Part shown: positions 1 through 9,550 of the stretch, in pieces | Layout: each line of letters begins with the position of its first letter | Numbering within the stretch: position 1 is the first letter of the stretch | Virus record (IMG/VR): IMGVR_UViG_3300037397_000008 | Location: 1-34,939 of that record | DNA: 34,939 nucleotides | Reading direction: 5' to 3' (one strand) | From: a virus | Taxonomy: Duplodnaviria > Caudoviricetes | Program-made: the position numbers and the translations under genes | Notes under the pieces: generated by a model | The model's input: the letters and a program-made list of their open reading frames with translations, nothing else | What the model was told of the DNA's origin: nothing | The model's database searches: none

Positions 1-1418
1 CCAGCCTCGCATATGTCTTCATAGGTTTGTTTTTCGATTATTTCACGAAGGACCCCCGTTTCATCTTCTTTTTTTTGGTAACAAAACACATTGCTTTTTT
101 CAGAATAGAAACGAAGTAAGGAAGCAGCACGCTTATAACCATATTCTGATAAAAAAGATTTTACGCTTTTGGTCGTGGCTTTGAATTTTATTGGTTTTCC
201 GTTTTCTAACGGAACCCATATTTCAGCCGTCTTTATTCCGGTTTTATGTACATCGATATAATCAGTTTTTGTGAAATAAATGGGTTCGCTAACGAGTTTT
301 CCACAGCTGCCACAAAAACGGGTTTTTTTTGAAATCTCTGTTCTGCAGAATTCACAATATTTTTTCGGCTGTGTTAAAACCGTTTGATTAACATGGCAAT
401 GCGGGCATATTTTTTGGTGGGGTTTTATTTCTTCATGACATTTCCAGCAAAACTTTACTCGCTTTTTTTTGATGCCAGTAAACTCACCGAATTTTAATTG
501 TGAAAACGTATAATCCCATATGTTATTGAATGGCTTGTTTGGGGCAATTCGATCACCTCGGCCTTTTATTTGCTCAGAGAGTGTATAGGACGTTGTAGGT
601 CGCAATAATACAATGTTGTTTAATGGTGGATGGTCGAACCCCGTTGTTAGCATTTCGCAATTAATTAAATATTTGCATTTTTGGTTTAGAAACGCTTTTA
701 TTCTTTTGTTTGACTCACTTTTTTCCTTTGAGTGAACAACCTCAGCCTCACCGGGCGGTAAGTACGTTTTTATTTGGTTGCAATGCTCTATGGTTGCTCC
801 AAAAAATAACGCTTGTTCGTTGGAATCGGCGTACTTCATAAAATGGGAAATCGCTCGTTGTGTTGGATTGTCTGGGGAGGTATCCAAATGGCTGCCCTCC
901 TCGGTTACATTAACAAATAATTCCGGCTTAATGGGCATGTATCGCCTCGGGGTTAAATACTTTTTTTTTATTAACTCTTTTCTATCTATTTTATACAGAA
1001 TCCGAGGAAATATATCGGGTACAATGTTGCCGTGGTCCAATCTATATGGGGTTGCGGTTAGTCCAATCGTCCGTTTTGAGTTGTGTATAAGGTCGTCATA
1101 CATGCCACCACCCCATCTTACGAGGTGACATTCATCTATTAACAATAAATCTTGAGAGCCTGCGTTTTTATAAGCAGATTGAATAGTTGACGACTGTTTA
1201 AAATCCCCCATAACACGCTTGTATTGTGACACTAAAACACGGCGGTGCGTTACAAGCCTTATGGATAACTTTGGCTTGTAGTGCTCTATAATGGCTTTCA
1301 ACACCCATGTTTTGCCGCCTCCTTGCGGTATGATAATAACCCCAGTTTCTTCGGACATTATAACAGCATTAACCGCGTCTTGTTGGTAATCACGCAAACC
1401 AATATTATTCTTCATCAT
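1..1418 (-). CDS. SF2 (DExH, RadD/UvsW-like) helicase with C-terminal zinc ribbons, 5' part; continues at 34939..34582
   Basis: Absent from the ORF track because it runs off the edge. Hand translation from ATG 1418 gives LRDYQ (Q motif), PQGGGKT (Walker A), LLIDECH (Walker B), GLTATP, MLTTGFDHP, QIKGRGDR, then CWKC/CPHC/CEFC/CGSC. Confidence 0.92.
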   Translation of the reverse strand, partial: MMKNNIGLRDYQQDAVNAVIMSEETGVIIIPQGGGKTWVLKAIIEHYKPKLSIRLVTHRRVLVSQYKRVMGDFKQSSTIQSAYKNAGSQDLLLIDECHLVRWGGGMYDDLIHNSKRTIGLTATPYRLDHGNIVPDIFPRILYKIDRKELIKKKYLTPRRYMPIKPELFVNVTEEGSHLDTSPDNPTQRAISHFMKYADSNEQALFFGATIEHCNQIKTYLPPGEAEVVHSKEKSESNKRIKAFLNQKCKYLINCEMLTTGFDHPPLNNIVLLRPTTSYTLSEQIKGRGDRIAPNKPFNNIWDYTFSQLKFGEFTGIKKKRVKFCWKCHEEIKPHQKICPHCHVNQTVLTQPKKYCEFCRTEISKKTRFCGSCGKLVSEPIYFTKTDYIDVHKTGIKTAEIWVPLENGKPIKFKATTKSVKSFLSEYGYKRAASLLRFYSEKSNVFCYQKKEDETGVLREIIEKQTYEDICEA

Positions 1419-3687
1419 TTGGCAAATTCTCCAACATATAAAACCTTTTTCCGGTTCGGTAACTAACGCATAAACCGAGCCCCTTCAACATGCGTGAAAA
1501 GGCCACGTTTCCGATATGATCTCCAGTTTCAAACTCGTACGCCGCTCTTAGTTCACTGGGTGACCATTTTATTTTCTTTTTTTGTAATTTGCGTAAAAAT
1601 TGAACAAGTTCTTGCGCATTACAATCCATTTCCGAATACAGTAAAGCACCATCTTTGTTGTATTTTGTAAATTTCCTCGCCTTATAAAGCCGTTTATATC
1701 CTTCTAGCGCCCAATTAAAAATTCCGCTTAATTCCGTTTGTAATTTTTTTTTTAATTGTGTATCTTCGTTCCCACTAAACGTTTTGGTAAATTTAATAAC
1801 CATGATTCTATTTTTTAACGCAATATCAAAGTTTAAATGTTCAGGCGCTTTGTTAAAGGCGATTAAAAATTTTGGAACTTCTTCACACAAATACGAACCA
1901 CCGTATAGTTGTCGCGCAACCATTTTATTTGTTGATGATAGTTTTTTTAACTCGTTTAACAATTGCGTTTGTTTTTCGTTGAAAAACTCATCAACAAAAA
2001 CCACTTTCCTTAAGCTTAATAATTCGTGGCGGCGTTCTGGTTTTAAAATGTCATCGGAGCTGACTTCGTTACCGCCGACCAAACTCAAAAGAACACTCGC
2101 AATAGTTCCCTTCCCAGATCTGCTGGAACCAAAAAACAACATAAGTTTTTCAAGGGAGCGGTCATAGGTTAAGCAATAGCCGAAATACTCTTGTAAAAGG
2201 GTAATTTGTGGCGCTGTTGGACTTCCAAAATAAGACGCTAAACATTCTAGCCAGGTTTTACAACTGGCTTTCGGGTCGTAGTCATACGGTAATAAGGTGG
2301 TTGAAAAAAATTGAGGCGAATGTGGCAAGAAAAGAAAACGGCCGTTTTTAAATAAAAAAACCCCATTTTTTAAAACCATCACATTATTTTTTTTGATTAG
2401 TTCAAAATTTAATTTCATAAAACCCATAGAACACGTAAGCACCTTTTTTGCATAGGTTAACGAATCACCACGGCTATTGTAAAAGGTTTTTACCGCACAA
2501 ATTGCCGACAAATAATAATTATAGTCAATTTCTAAATGTTCTTTCGGCCGTTCATCGTAACAGGCTCCATTATATTCATATATCTGTGAATAAAGTGGAT
2601 GATACAAAATGGCCCTATGGAATAATTTAACCCAATTAACAGCGTCTGCTTGTGGATTCATTGTTAAAAAGCCAATTCTGAACAAATTTGAATGAATCCA
2701 GTGTTTTTTTTCAAAAATCGTGTGATATAGGTGGTCAAGTGTCCAACCTGTAATATGACCCTGCAAAATAGCGGCTGTGATATATAAAACTGTATTTGAT
2801 GAAATCGTTTTAACCGGGTAATTCCCTTTTAATAGTTCGCGCATGATTGGCAGCATGTAATCTGATAATTTGGTTTCACAAGAAGCATGCTTGCAATGTA
2901 TTGTTGCTCTAAATTTCTTTGTGGGGTAATTAAACAAAGACCCACAAGGCTTTTTCGGGTGCCAATCAAACAAACAAACGCCGTTTGTATCCAATGCGCC
3001 CCAGTGAATCCGATCCCTAAAAATGCTATAAAACGCATGCACCGACAGCAAAACATTAACCTTTGTTTTTATGGGTACGGTTTCATAGTTTTTGGGTGCT
3101 GTTAATACGTGGATGTTTCCTATTGTTTTTGTGTCATCTTCAAACTGGTGTTTTACCTCATAAAAACCAGAACGAGCAACAAAATTTAAGGGGCAATCTG
3201 TCGGCCTAACGTGGAAAAATTGAGTTGGTGTCAAGCAACCCCGTTGTAATATGTTCTTTTCAAACAATGATGCAACATCCATAAACATTTCTGACAAAAG
3301 GCCCATGATTAAATCTTTGTAAGCACGTTTTCCGCTGTAAGGTATTGGATGAAGAAATGGTATAATTATACGGTGGTTTCCGCTGTGGGTTTGGTGATAA
3401 AAAAAATCAAATCCGCTTTTAACGTCTGACACATCAAATTTTTTCGCGTCATAATCTAACATTACACCGGTAATCTTATTGGGCTTTGCTTTTCTATTGG
3501 TACGCAACACACAAGACCACAACGGCGAACTATCTTTTTTTGCATTGCTCGAGATGTTGAAAATAGAATTTGACCCCGTATTGTCCAGCTGTATGGTTTT
3601 TTGTTGGAGTGGGGCGCCCAGTTCATCACACCCCTTAGAAAATTTATCCGACAAAAAAACCACGTCTATTGTAGTAGACATCACCAA
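1405..3687 (-). CDS. AEP primase / SF3 (D5/P4-alpha-like) helicase fusion
   Basis: N-terminal MLDYD and THSG..HRIIIP primase motifs; C/H zinc-finger-like segment; GSSRSGKGT Walker A; VVFVDE Walker B. Start is probably ATG 3681 (GGAG 7 nt upstream). Confidence 0.88.
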   Translation of the reverse strand: MVMSTTIDVVFLSDKFSKGCDELGAPLQQKTIQLDNTGSNSIFNISSNAKKDSSPLWSCVLRTNRKAKPNKITGVMLDYDAKKFDVSDVKSGFDFFYHQTHSGNHRIIIPFLHPIPYSGKRAYKDLIMGLLSEMFMDVASLFEKNILQRGCLTPTQFFHVRPTDCPLNFVARSGFYEVKHQFEDDTKTIGNIHVLTAPKNYETVPIKTKVNVLLSVHAFYSIFRDRIHWGALDTNGVCLFDWHPKKPCGSLFNYPTKKFRATIHCKHASCETKLSDYMLPIMRELLKGNYPVKTISSNTVLYITAAILQGHITGWTLDHLYHTIFEKKHWIHSNLFRIGFLTMNPQADAVNWVKLFHRAILYHPLYSQIYEYNGACYDERPKEHLEIDYNYYLSAICAVKTFYNSRGDSLTYAKKVLTCSMGFMKLNFELIKKNNVMVLKNGVFLFKNGRFLFLPHSPQFFSTTLLPYDYDPKASCKTWLECLASYFGSPTAPQITLLQEYFGYCLTYDRSLEKLMLFFGSSRSGKGTIASVLLSLVGGNEVSSDDILKPERRHELLSLRKVVFVDEFFNEKQTQLLNELKKLSSTNKMVARQLYGGSYLCEEVPKFLIAFNKAPEHLNFDIALKNRIMVIKFTKTFSGNEDTQLKKKLQTELSGIFNWALEGYKRLYKARKFTKYNKDGALLYSEMDCNAQELVQFLRKLQKKKIKWSPSELRAAYEFETGDHIGNVAFSRMLKGLGLCVSYRTGKRFYMLENLPNDEE

Positions 3688-3697
3688 TCTCCGCCCT

Positions 3698-4702
3698 TTA
3701 TATCTTTTTTATCTTTTTAAATGAGTATACTTTCGTGGTTTTAGATTCCACGTTTTCATCCATTTCAGTAACAAGACCGCTTTTTATTGCATCTTTGCAC
3801 GCAATAATTTGCTCAGATTTTGGCGCAATGGTGTCATCTTTCCACTTGTAATAGGTTCTTTGGGATACGCTGAACAATTCAGGTTTGTTTGACATCAACT
3901 CTTTTTTAACATTGTCCAACAAGGATGTAACCGGCTTAGCCATGATTTGAATGTTTATTTTTTCGTCATCCGTTAACCCATCTTTATTTTTTACGGCTGC
4001 AAGTTCCATATCTAACAGTGTTTTTTTAAACTTCCAGCAAAAACGCTTTGCAGGACAATAGAAACAATGTGGGCCTGTCTCATGTAATGGCGCGGTCCAC
4101 ATATTCGCTAGAATATTTTCTAAAATCTGGTCAATAGCTTTCAACGGGCTATTATCAATACCGTTGCTTAATTCTATTTTGAACGTTAACCCATTATAAT
4201 TGTTTTCTTGCGCTATGTGGGTGTATATGGTTTTATAGGTTGGGTTATTTTTATGAACCAAATAAGCATATCCGAGTAATTGCAACGAATAAGGCGGAAC
4301 AGGTACGTAGCCAGTTTTTAAATCGACCACATGCGCAACCTTGTTTTTTTTGTCAACAATAACCGCGTCTGGTTTTCCAGATAAAGTCAAACTGGATAAT
4401 TTGCCCTCTATCGTATAATTAATGCGCTCTTCTAGGTGTAATTTTGATGTTTTGCTGCACGTGTCTAAAATTGAAAATATCGTGTTCAAATACGTATGGA
4501 CACTCCCCTCACAAACATCTAATATTTCTCTTTTTGTACGCTTCCCTTTTAAATACTCACAAAGTAGCGCGTGGGCTTCTGTGTGTTTTTTTGTACCCTC
4601 TTCGGCGTATACGTTTGTGGTTTCTATTTCTGGTAACAACATACTGTGGTGACAGTTAGCAACCCGATCGAGCGATGAGCAACGTACTACAACATTTTTC
4701 AT
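3698..4702 (-). CDS. Cas4-like / DUF2800-type PD-(D/E)XK nuclease with probable Fe-S cluster
   Basis: N-terminal SS..R...C, EEGT..H, GKPD...VVDLKTG, QLLGYA, C-terminal CFYCPAKRFC; ACGGAG RBS. Confidence 0.85.
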   Translation of the reverse strand: MKNVVVRCSSLDRVANCHHSMLLPEIETTNVYAEEGTKKHTEAHALLCEYLKGKRTKREILDVCEGSVHTYLNTIFSILDTCSKTSKLHLEERINYTIEGKLSSLTLSGKPDAVIVDKKNKVAHVVDLKTGYVPVPPYSLQLLGYAYLVHKNNPTYKTIYTHIAQENNYNGLTFKIELSNGIDNSPLKAIDQILENILANMWTAPLHETGPHCFYCPAKRFCWKFKKTLLDMELAAVKNKDGLTDDEKINIQIMAKPVTSLLDNVKKELMSNKPELFSVSQRTYYKWKDDTIAPKSEQIIACKDAIKSGLVTEMDENVESKTTKVYSFKKIKKI

Positions 4703-4764
4703 TTTAATTCTCCGTTTTTTGTTTATTTATAGTTTAATAATAAATAAATAGTAGGTACCTTGTC

Positions 4765-4806
4765 TGTAAGTTATTTCCTATTTGTGTTGTAAGATATTTC
4801 CTATTT
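4765..4806. repeat. 19-bp direct repeat x2 (TGTAAG[T/A]TATTTCCTATTT), 23-bp period; possible operator
   Basis: 4765-4783 and 4788-4806, 18/19 identical, upstream of the nuclease gene. Confidence 0.8.
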
Positions 4807-4807
4807 T

Positions 4808-6136
4808 TCACTTTCTATTGTTGAGTTTTGTTTTGTGTAATTGGCCATATGCTTGCAGATAGTCTGATGAACTGCTATCATATGAATTGTTTTCAGACGG
4901 TTGTTTCATCCGGCCCGACTTAATCACCGTAAACGGTGAATAGGGAATAATAGGTAAAAACTTAAAACGGTGCTTGTTAAATCGGTAGGCTCTGCAAATG
5001 TAATTAAAATTGTTGAATTTCACCTTATATAATATCAATGCATTCATGAGAACAAATCGCACTATTAATAAGGCAATAAAAACATGCGTATTATGCGTGT
5101 CAAAAGAAATGATTGAATGATCAAGACAAAAACCACTAACCAAAAACAAACACATTAAAATAAAGAAAATAAAGTGTGCCTTTTGATGGTCGTGGTAGGT
5201 GCAAAAACCCAGTCCTAGTTTCAATAAAAAATAACAAATGCAAAATATTTCAACACACCACATGTAGGACAAAAGTAGAGAATTGAAACAAGAAAAGATT
5301 AAAAAACCAAATACCAGAGTTATAACAAGTTTTTCAAATACGTTTTTTTTGTAGCTTGAGGTCAATGTAACCGGCTTTAAGGCAATAAACAACAACAAAG
5401 CAAGCGATGAAAGACCGCCGAGCAAAAATTGTGGGGAAATACCCATATTAATGCTTGGTGGAGTCGCCCCCTGTAACATATAAAACGCTAAAAGCCCCAG
5501 ATTATACAAAAATATTGGTGGTAGTACTTTTTTAAAATACTTAACTATATCGGTCGAGTACCATCGCTCAAATATTTCTTCCAAAGAAACACCATAGATA
5601 GATTTTGAACTTTCTAAGGTGCTTATTTTTGTTATGGTTTTCCCGTTTTTTATCCTTACGGTTGTATCCTTTTTTAAGGTCACTCCTGTAATTCTATAGG
5701 GCAAGCGTTTCAATGCTTCTATGTTTGTATTGGCTGACGTCATTGCGTGCGCGTCATTGTAATGATAGGACCAATCGATATGGTCTTTTATTGATTTTTT
5801 ATAATAGACGCCTGTGTTGAGGTTTCTGGTTGAAATGCTCATTTCATTGAAAAAAACGTCTTTTTCCGTGATCTGGTTACTCCTGAAAAAATCCTCTAAA
5901 TAAATTGTCAACGCTTCAAAGGTCCAATCTTGCGGAATGGTAACTTTTAATAATTTGAATGATTCCGGGTTAAAAAACACTATTGTAATGTTTGTACCAT
6001 CCCACATGGGTTTAGAATTGATTGATGCGTTTTGTGACTCCGTTTTTTTATTATTTTTGATACTGTTGTCATCTTCCACGATCACAACGTCGGTGCTGGA
6101 TTCGTTTTGGCTGCTTACAGATGGATTTTGTTGCAT
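4808..6136 (-). CDS. Hypothetical multi-pass membrane protein (moron-like)
   Basis: 442-aa ORF with GGAG RBS; soluble N-terminal half, then about 6 hydrophobic segments. Confidence 0.75.
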   Translation of the reverse strand: MQQNPSVSSQNESSTDVVIVEDDNSIKNNKKTESQNASINSKPMWDGTNITIVFFNPESFKLLKVTIPQDWTFEALTIYLEDFFRSNQITEKDVFFNEMSISTRNLNTGVYYKKSIKDHIDWSYHYNDAHAMTSANTNIEALKRLPYRITGVTLKKDTTVRIKNGKTITKISTLESSKSIYGVSLEEIFERWYSTDIVKYFKKVLPPIFLYNLGLLAFYMLQGATPPSINMGISPQFLLGGLSSLALLLFIALKPVTLTSSYKKNVFEKLVITLVFGFLIFSCFNSLLLSYMWCVEIFCICYFLLKLGLGFCTYHDHQKAHFIFFILMCLFLVSGFCLDHSIISFDTHNTHVFIALLIVRFVLMNALILYKVKFNNFNYICRAYRFNKHRFKFLPIIPYSPFTVIKSGRMKQPSENNSYDSSSSDYLQAYGQLHKTKLNNRK

Positions 6137-6164
6137 GTCTTATTTCTCCATAAAAAAAAACAAC

Positions 6165-6192
6165 AGTATAACATAATAAAAAACTGTTTTAA
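6165..6192 (-). promoter_or_regulatory. Putative extended -10 promoter for the membrane-protein gene
   Basis: Minus strand reads TTAAAA-16 nt-TATACT with a TGn extension. Confidence 0.5.
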
Positions 6193-6197
6193 TTTTT

Positions 6198-6680
6198 TTA
6201 CAGTTTTAGTTCGTTTTTTCTGTTTTCAAGTACACAATACAACAACGCTATCGCATCCGCTTCGTTGTTATCTTCTGGCTTATGGCCCCGGGCTTCTACC
6301 GCTGCGATAACAGCCTGCTTTCCCGCATTGCCTTTTCCAGTGATGAACTTCTTGATCGTTCCAACCGGAATGCCTTCATAGGGGATGTTGTGCGATTCAC
6401 ACCAGGCGGTGAGTGACGCCATAAACCCGCCGTAAACGTGTGCGGCGTCCATTCCGATATGTCGCCGCACTTCTTCAAAATAAACTGAGTCTATTTCACC
6501 TAATAAAACTAAGGTTTCATCCAACCACCGCATAAAACGCATAAAACGCATGCCCCCGCCATCAAAACGCCGGTTATTAAAAGACGTAGTGCCGCTCATG
6601 ATTATTTCGTTTTTGTTGATGAGTGCCCACCCTGTAGTGGTTCCCAGATCGAGAGTGAGGATTATAGGTTTTTTATTCAT
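6198..6680 (-). CDS. RuvC-like Holliday junction resolvase (phage WO-type), canonical copy
   Basis: LDLGTTTGWA, GGGMRF, YFEEVRRH, AAHVYGG, TIKK..TGKGNA, NEADA. Start ATG 6680 has an AGGAG RBS, unlike the track start at 6716. Confidence 0.9.
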   Translation of the reverse strand: MNKKPIILTLDLGTTTGWALINKNEIIMSGTTSFNNRRFDGGGMRFMRFMRWLDETLVLLGEIDSVYFEEVRRHIGMDAAHVYGGFMASLTAWCESHNIPYEGIPVGTIKKFITGKGNAGKQAVIAAVEARGHKPEDNNEADAIALLYCVLENRKNELKL

Positions 6681-7147
6681 TTTATAGATCTCCTTTTTTT
6701 CTGTTTTCAAGTACACAATACAACAACGCTATCGCATCAGCTTCACTGTTATCTTCTGGCTTATGGCCACGGTCGGCGACAGCTTCGCGAACTGTCTCTT
6801 TTTTCGAATTGCCTTTGCCAGTGAGGGCCTTCTTAATTGTTACAACCGAAACGCTTTTATAGGGAATTTTGTGCGATTCACACCAGGCGGTGAGTGACGC
6901 CATATAACAGGCGTAAGCGTTTTGGGGTAGCCTTCCCGGACGTCTCCGCACTTCTTCAAAATAAACCAAGTCTATTTCACCTAATAAAACTAAGGTCTCA
7001 TCCAACCACCGCATAAAACGCATAAAACGCCGGTTATTAAAAGACGTCGTTCCGCTCATGATTATTTCGTTTTTGTTGATGATTGCCCACCCTGTAGTGG
7101 TTCCCAGATCGAGAGTGAGGATTATAGGTTTTTTATTCATTTTATAG
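6215..7147. repeat. Tandem gene duplication (about 460-480 bp units) of the ruvC-like gene
   Basis: Long near-identical nucleotide blocks shared by about 6215-6687 and 6696-7147. Confidence 0.93.
6682..7140 (-). CDS. RuvC-like resolvase, diverged tandem copy
   Basis: Same motifs as the adjacent copy, with a 7-aa deletion and two replaced blocks; ACGGAG RBS. Confidence 0.88.
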   Translation of the reverse strand: MNKKPIILTLDLGTTTGWAIINKNEIIMSGTTSFNNRRFMRFMRWLDETLVLLGEIDLVYFEEVRRRPGRLPQNAYACYMASLTAWCESHKIPYKSVSVVTIKKALTGKGNSKKETVREAVADRGHKPEDNSEADAIALLYCVLENRKKGDL

Positions 7148-7168
7148 TTCTCCGTTTTTTTGTTGTTG

Positions 7169-8110
7169 TTAATTAATGCGTGGTAAATCGTTCAAGCCTG
7201 GTGACGTTGACCACTGTAACATAATATGATTGTCTTTAAAAACAAACGCGTAGATTGTCAAAGGCACCAATGAAAAGGCGTCAGCCTGCCCCAGAAAATC
7301 CTCTATAGCGTAACAATTAAAATGTGCGATAGACTCAATGTCACCGACCGCACCGGTTAAAGACCGCGACCGTTCCAATGCGTTTACATATTCAGAATTT
7401 AGAAAAACAGCGTCATGCATAAAAACAAAGAAACGCTTGTGCTCTGGTCCGCTTATACTTTTTTTATTAATGTGATCTAAAAATAAAGTGAACGACTCTT
7501 TTTGTTTTTTGTCGTTTGCAACACCTTTTAGCCATGTATTAAAGGTTTGTTGTTTTATATCATAGTCACCTTGTTTTTTGTTCTCCGTTGTCTCTAGTGT
7601 CTCTATTAATGGATATACGTTTTGCATGTTCCACTGTATTTTGTTGTTTGTATTGTTTAACGTGGTTGTTATAGGGATTTCCATTAGGTTTATATAATGG
7701 TCTTGTTTTATTGACGCGCTAAACATCTCAACCGGTGATTTTTTCCAAGCTACACGGATTATTTTGGGGTTTGTTTTTAAATCTTTGTTCCACTGTAAAA
7801 AATGATGCAATTCGCATACCGGTTTTTTGTTGTTTATTCTATGGTCTGTTACTGGTTTTCCTTCTGTCCTTGTTAAGGTATTTCCTAGCAATTCATCTGC
7901 CGAAGGATTACCAGAAGATTGATAACATAAGTTATACGCTTTTGATACGTTTAAAACTGCTTGTATAGGCCATTCTTGTTTTGTCTCTAGATGTATATAT
8001 AATTTATGGGTTGCCGTTAAATAATGGGTTAGTATCCTTTTTGGGTCCGGTGTTTTTAAGTCTGTTGTACTTACTCGGTATTTTGTCCAGTTGTTTGTTA
8101 ATTTGTACAT
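7169..8110 (-). CDS. Hypothetical protein (early region)
   Basis: Long ORF; probable start ATG 8110 with TGGAG RBS (track start 8194); no recognised motif. Confidence 0.7.
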   Translation of the reverse strand: MYKLTNNWTKYRVSTTDLKTPDPKRILTHYLTATHKLYIHLETKQEWPIQAVLNVSKAYNLCYQSSGNPSADELLGNTLTRTEGKPVTDHRINNKKPVCELHHFLQWNKDLKTNPKIIRVAWKKSPVEMFSASIKQDHYINLMEIPITTTLNNTNNKIQWNMQNVYPLIETLETTENKKQGDYDIKQQTFNTWLKGVANDKKQKESFTLFLDHINKKSISGPEHKRFFVFMHDAVFLNSEYVNALERSRSLTGAVGDIESIAHFNCYAIEDFLGQADAFSLVPLTIYAFVFKDNHIMLQWSTSPGLNDLPRIN

Positions 8111-8166
8111 TGTTATTTTTCTCCATTTTTTTGTTATTTTTTTTTGGTTGTTACGTTTGTTTTTAT

Positions 8167-8697
8167 CTACATACTGGTGGGTATTTGTGCACATTGTATA
8201 CCAGCATAATATGTGTGTGTTTGTATGGGGTTGTTCGTTTCGTCTTGTTCGTAGAAAAGAACCATACGAAAAAGCTCCGGATTCTTTGCTTTTGTTTCAT
8301 ACCATTTCAAAAAATAATGTACTTCTCCGGTCGGATTGGTTTTTTTTATGGTACTCATGTCGCTTATGAATCCAAATTCAAATTCTTTACTTTTCAGTTT
8401 TTTTATATTATCACTCTGATCTATGTGCATTTTGTGCAATCCATACAGCCGCACACAACCAGGTTCAATAGGAGCCAACTTTTTACCAACTATCTTTGCA
8501 CCCAAATCATAGCCGGACACAAGAAACGGGCGCACTATTTTTGTAATGTGCTCTATATTTCTTTTTTTGGTTGTGAAAGTGTATTTATCCCAACGCGGTA
8601 GGTCTATTTCTTCCTCAAGATCGTCCTGTGTTCTTATAATTATTTCTTTTGGTATCATGGTTTTTTTCACTCCGTAATGTTGTTTGTTATTGTCCAC
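8167..8697 (-). CDS. Hypothetical protein (early region)
   Basis: ORF co-oriented with the operon; alternative start ATG 8658 preceded by ACGGAG. Confidence 0.7.
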   Translation of the reverse strand: MDNNKQHYGVKKTMIPKEIIIRTQDDLEEEIDLPRWDKYTFTTKKRNIEHITKIVRPFLVSGYDLGAKIVGKKLAPIEPGCVRLYGLHKMHIDQSDNIKKLKSKEFEFGFISDMSTIKKTNPTGEVHYFLKWYETKAKNPELFRMVLFYEQDETNNPIQTHTYYAGIQCAQIPTSM

Positions 8698-9409
8698 CTG
8701 ACGTGGACATTGCGTTTACAATCGTGTCGATTTTTAATCTTATGTTTTTCCGTTCCCCCCGTTTTAGTTGCTCCGGAAAAACAGGCTTGTAGATGTCTTC
8801 CAGCTCGCTTTCTGTAAAGGTCAAAAAGTGGACCATGTTGCTATATGGGTTTTTATTTCGTATAATGTCATAACATTCAACAAGCAATTGCTTGTTTCCT
8901 TTTATGCAGTCCCGCAAAGTGTGAATTATCTTTACCGGCCTTTCTACTAACAATCTGCTAAATAAATCCGAAACAATATGTTCACCAATTGGATTGTTGT
9001 CTATAACGTTTTTATAGATACCCGATTTATCAAAAACAATGGAATAATATTTTATTCCGTTAGAATTGTTCAACATGTTTATTAAAAATTCACCTTCTAG
9101 CACCTCTAATATGTTATTGACCTCATCGCCTTTAACTGCTGCATTGCATGCGTCTACAATCACCTTGCTTTTTGTTTTTGTTTTTTGTTTTGGTTTGGAA
9201 TTGTTTATGATCTTGTGCTTTAAATTAGTTACAACATCAAAGTTATAAAGTGCATCTAAATATATAAAAATAGGATGATTGGTTAAAAAGTTATAACCAT
9301 GTTTTTCTTGTAAATTGCTTAAAATGCAATAAGTCGTGTCCAGCCGAAAAGTTAGCCTAACTTTTTTTGTTTGTTTCAAGTTTAAAATTGAATCCGTTTT
9401 GTAGCGCAT
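8687..9409 (-). CDS. Hypothetical protein, first gene of the leftward operon; possible ribbon-helix-helix-like N-terminus
   Basis: Strong ACGGAGG RBS; KKVRLTFRLD resembles an RHH beta-ribbon (weak evidence). Confidence 0.7.
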   Translation of the reverse strand: MRYKTDSILNLKQTKKVRLTFRLDTTYCILSNLQEKHGYNFLTNHPIFIYLDALYNFDVVTNLKHKIINNSKPKQKTKTKSKVIVDACNAAVKGDEVNNILEVLEGEFLINMLNNSNGIKYYSIVFDKSGIYKNVIDNNPIGEHIVSDLFSRLLVERPVKIIHTLRDCIKGNKQLLVECYDIIRNKNPYSNMVHFLTFTESELEDIYKPVFPEQLKRGERKNIRLKIDTIVNAMSTSGGQ

Positions 9410-9445
9410 TTTTTTAACCTCCGTTTCCTTTTGTGTTATGTGTTT

Positions 9446-9474
9446 ATTTTGGTTTATTTTGCTTTTTGTGTCAA
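9446..9474 (-). promoter_or_regulatory. Putative leftward (early) promoter
   Basis: Minus strand TTGACA (9474-9469), 17 nt, CAAAAT; perfect -35 but weak -10. Confidence 0.45.
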
Positions 9475-9550
9475 TTTTTTACATGTAAGACATTTCCGCT
9501 TTCGTTTGTGAGTCGTTTTTTTTGTGTGTTTTTGATCTGTTTTCAATGTG

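Noticed and set aside
6198-7140. Diversity-generating retroelement TR/VR pair
   Set aside because: No reverse transcriptase; differences are block-wise rather than adenine-specific; both copies are full genes
7981-8601. 206-aa hydrophobic + strand ORF as a holin, and other antisense ORFs (e.g. 10767-11411, 33585-34115, 778-1128)
   Set aside because: They lie opposite well-supported genes; their hydrophobicity is the expected shadow of A-rich coding strands
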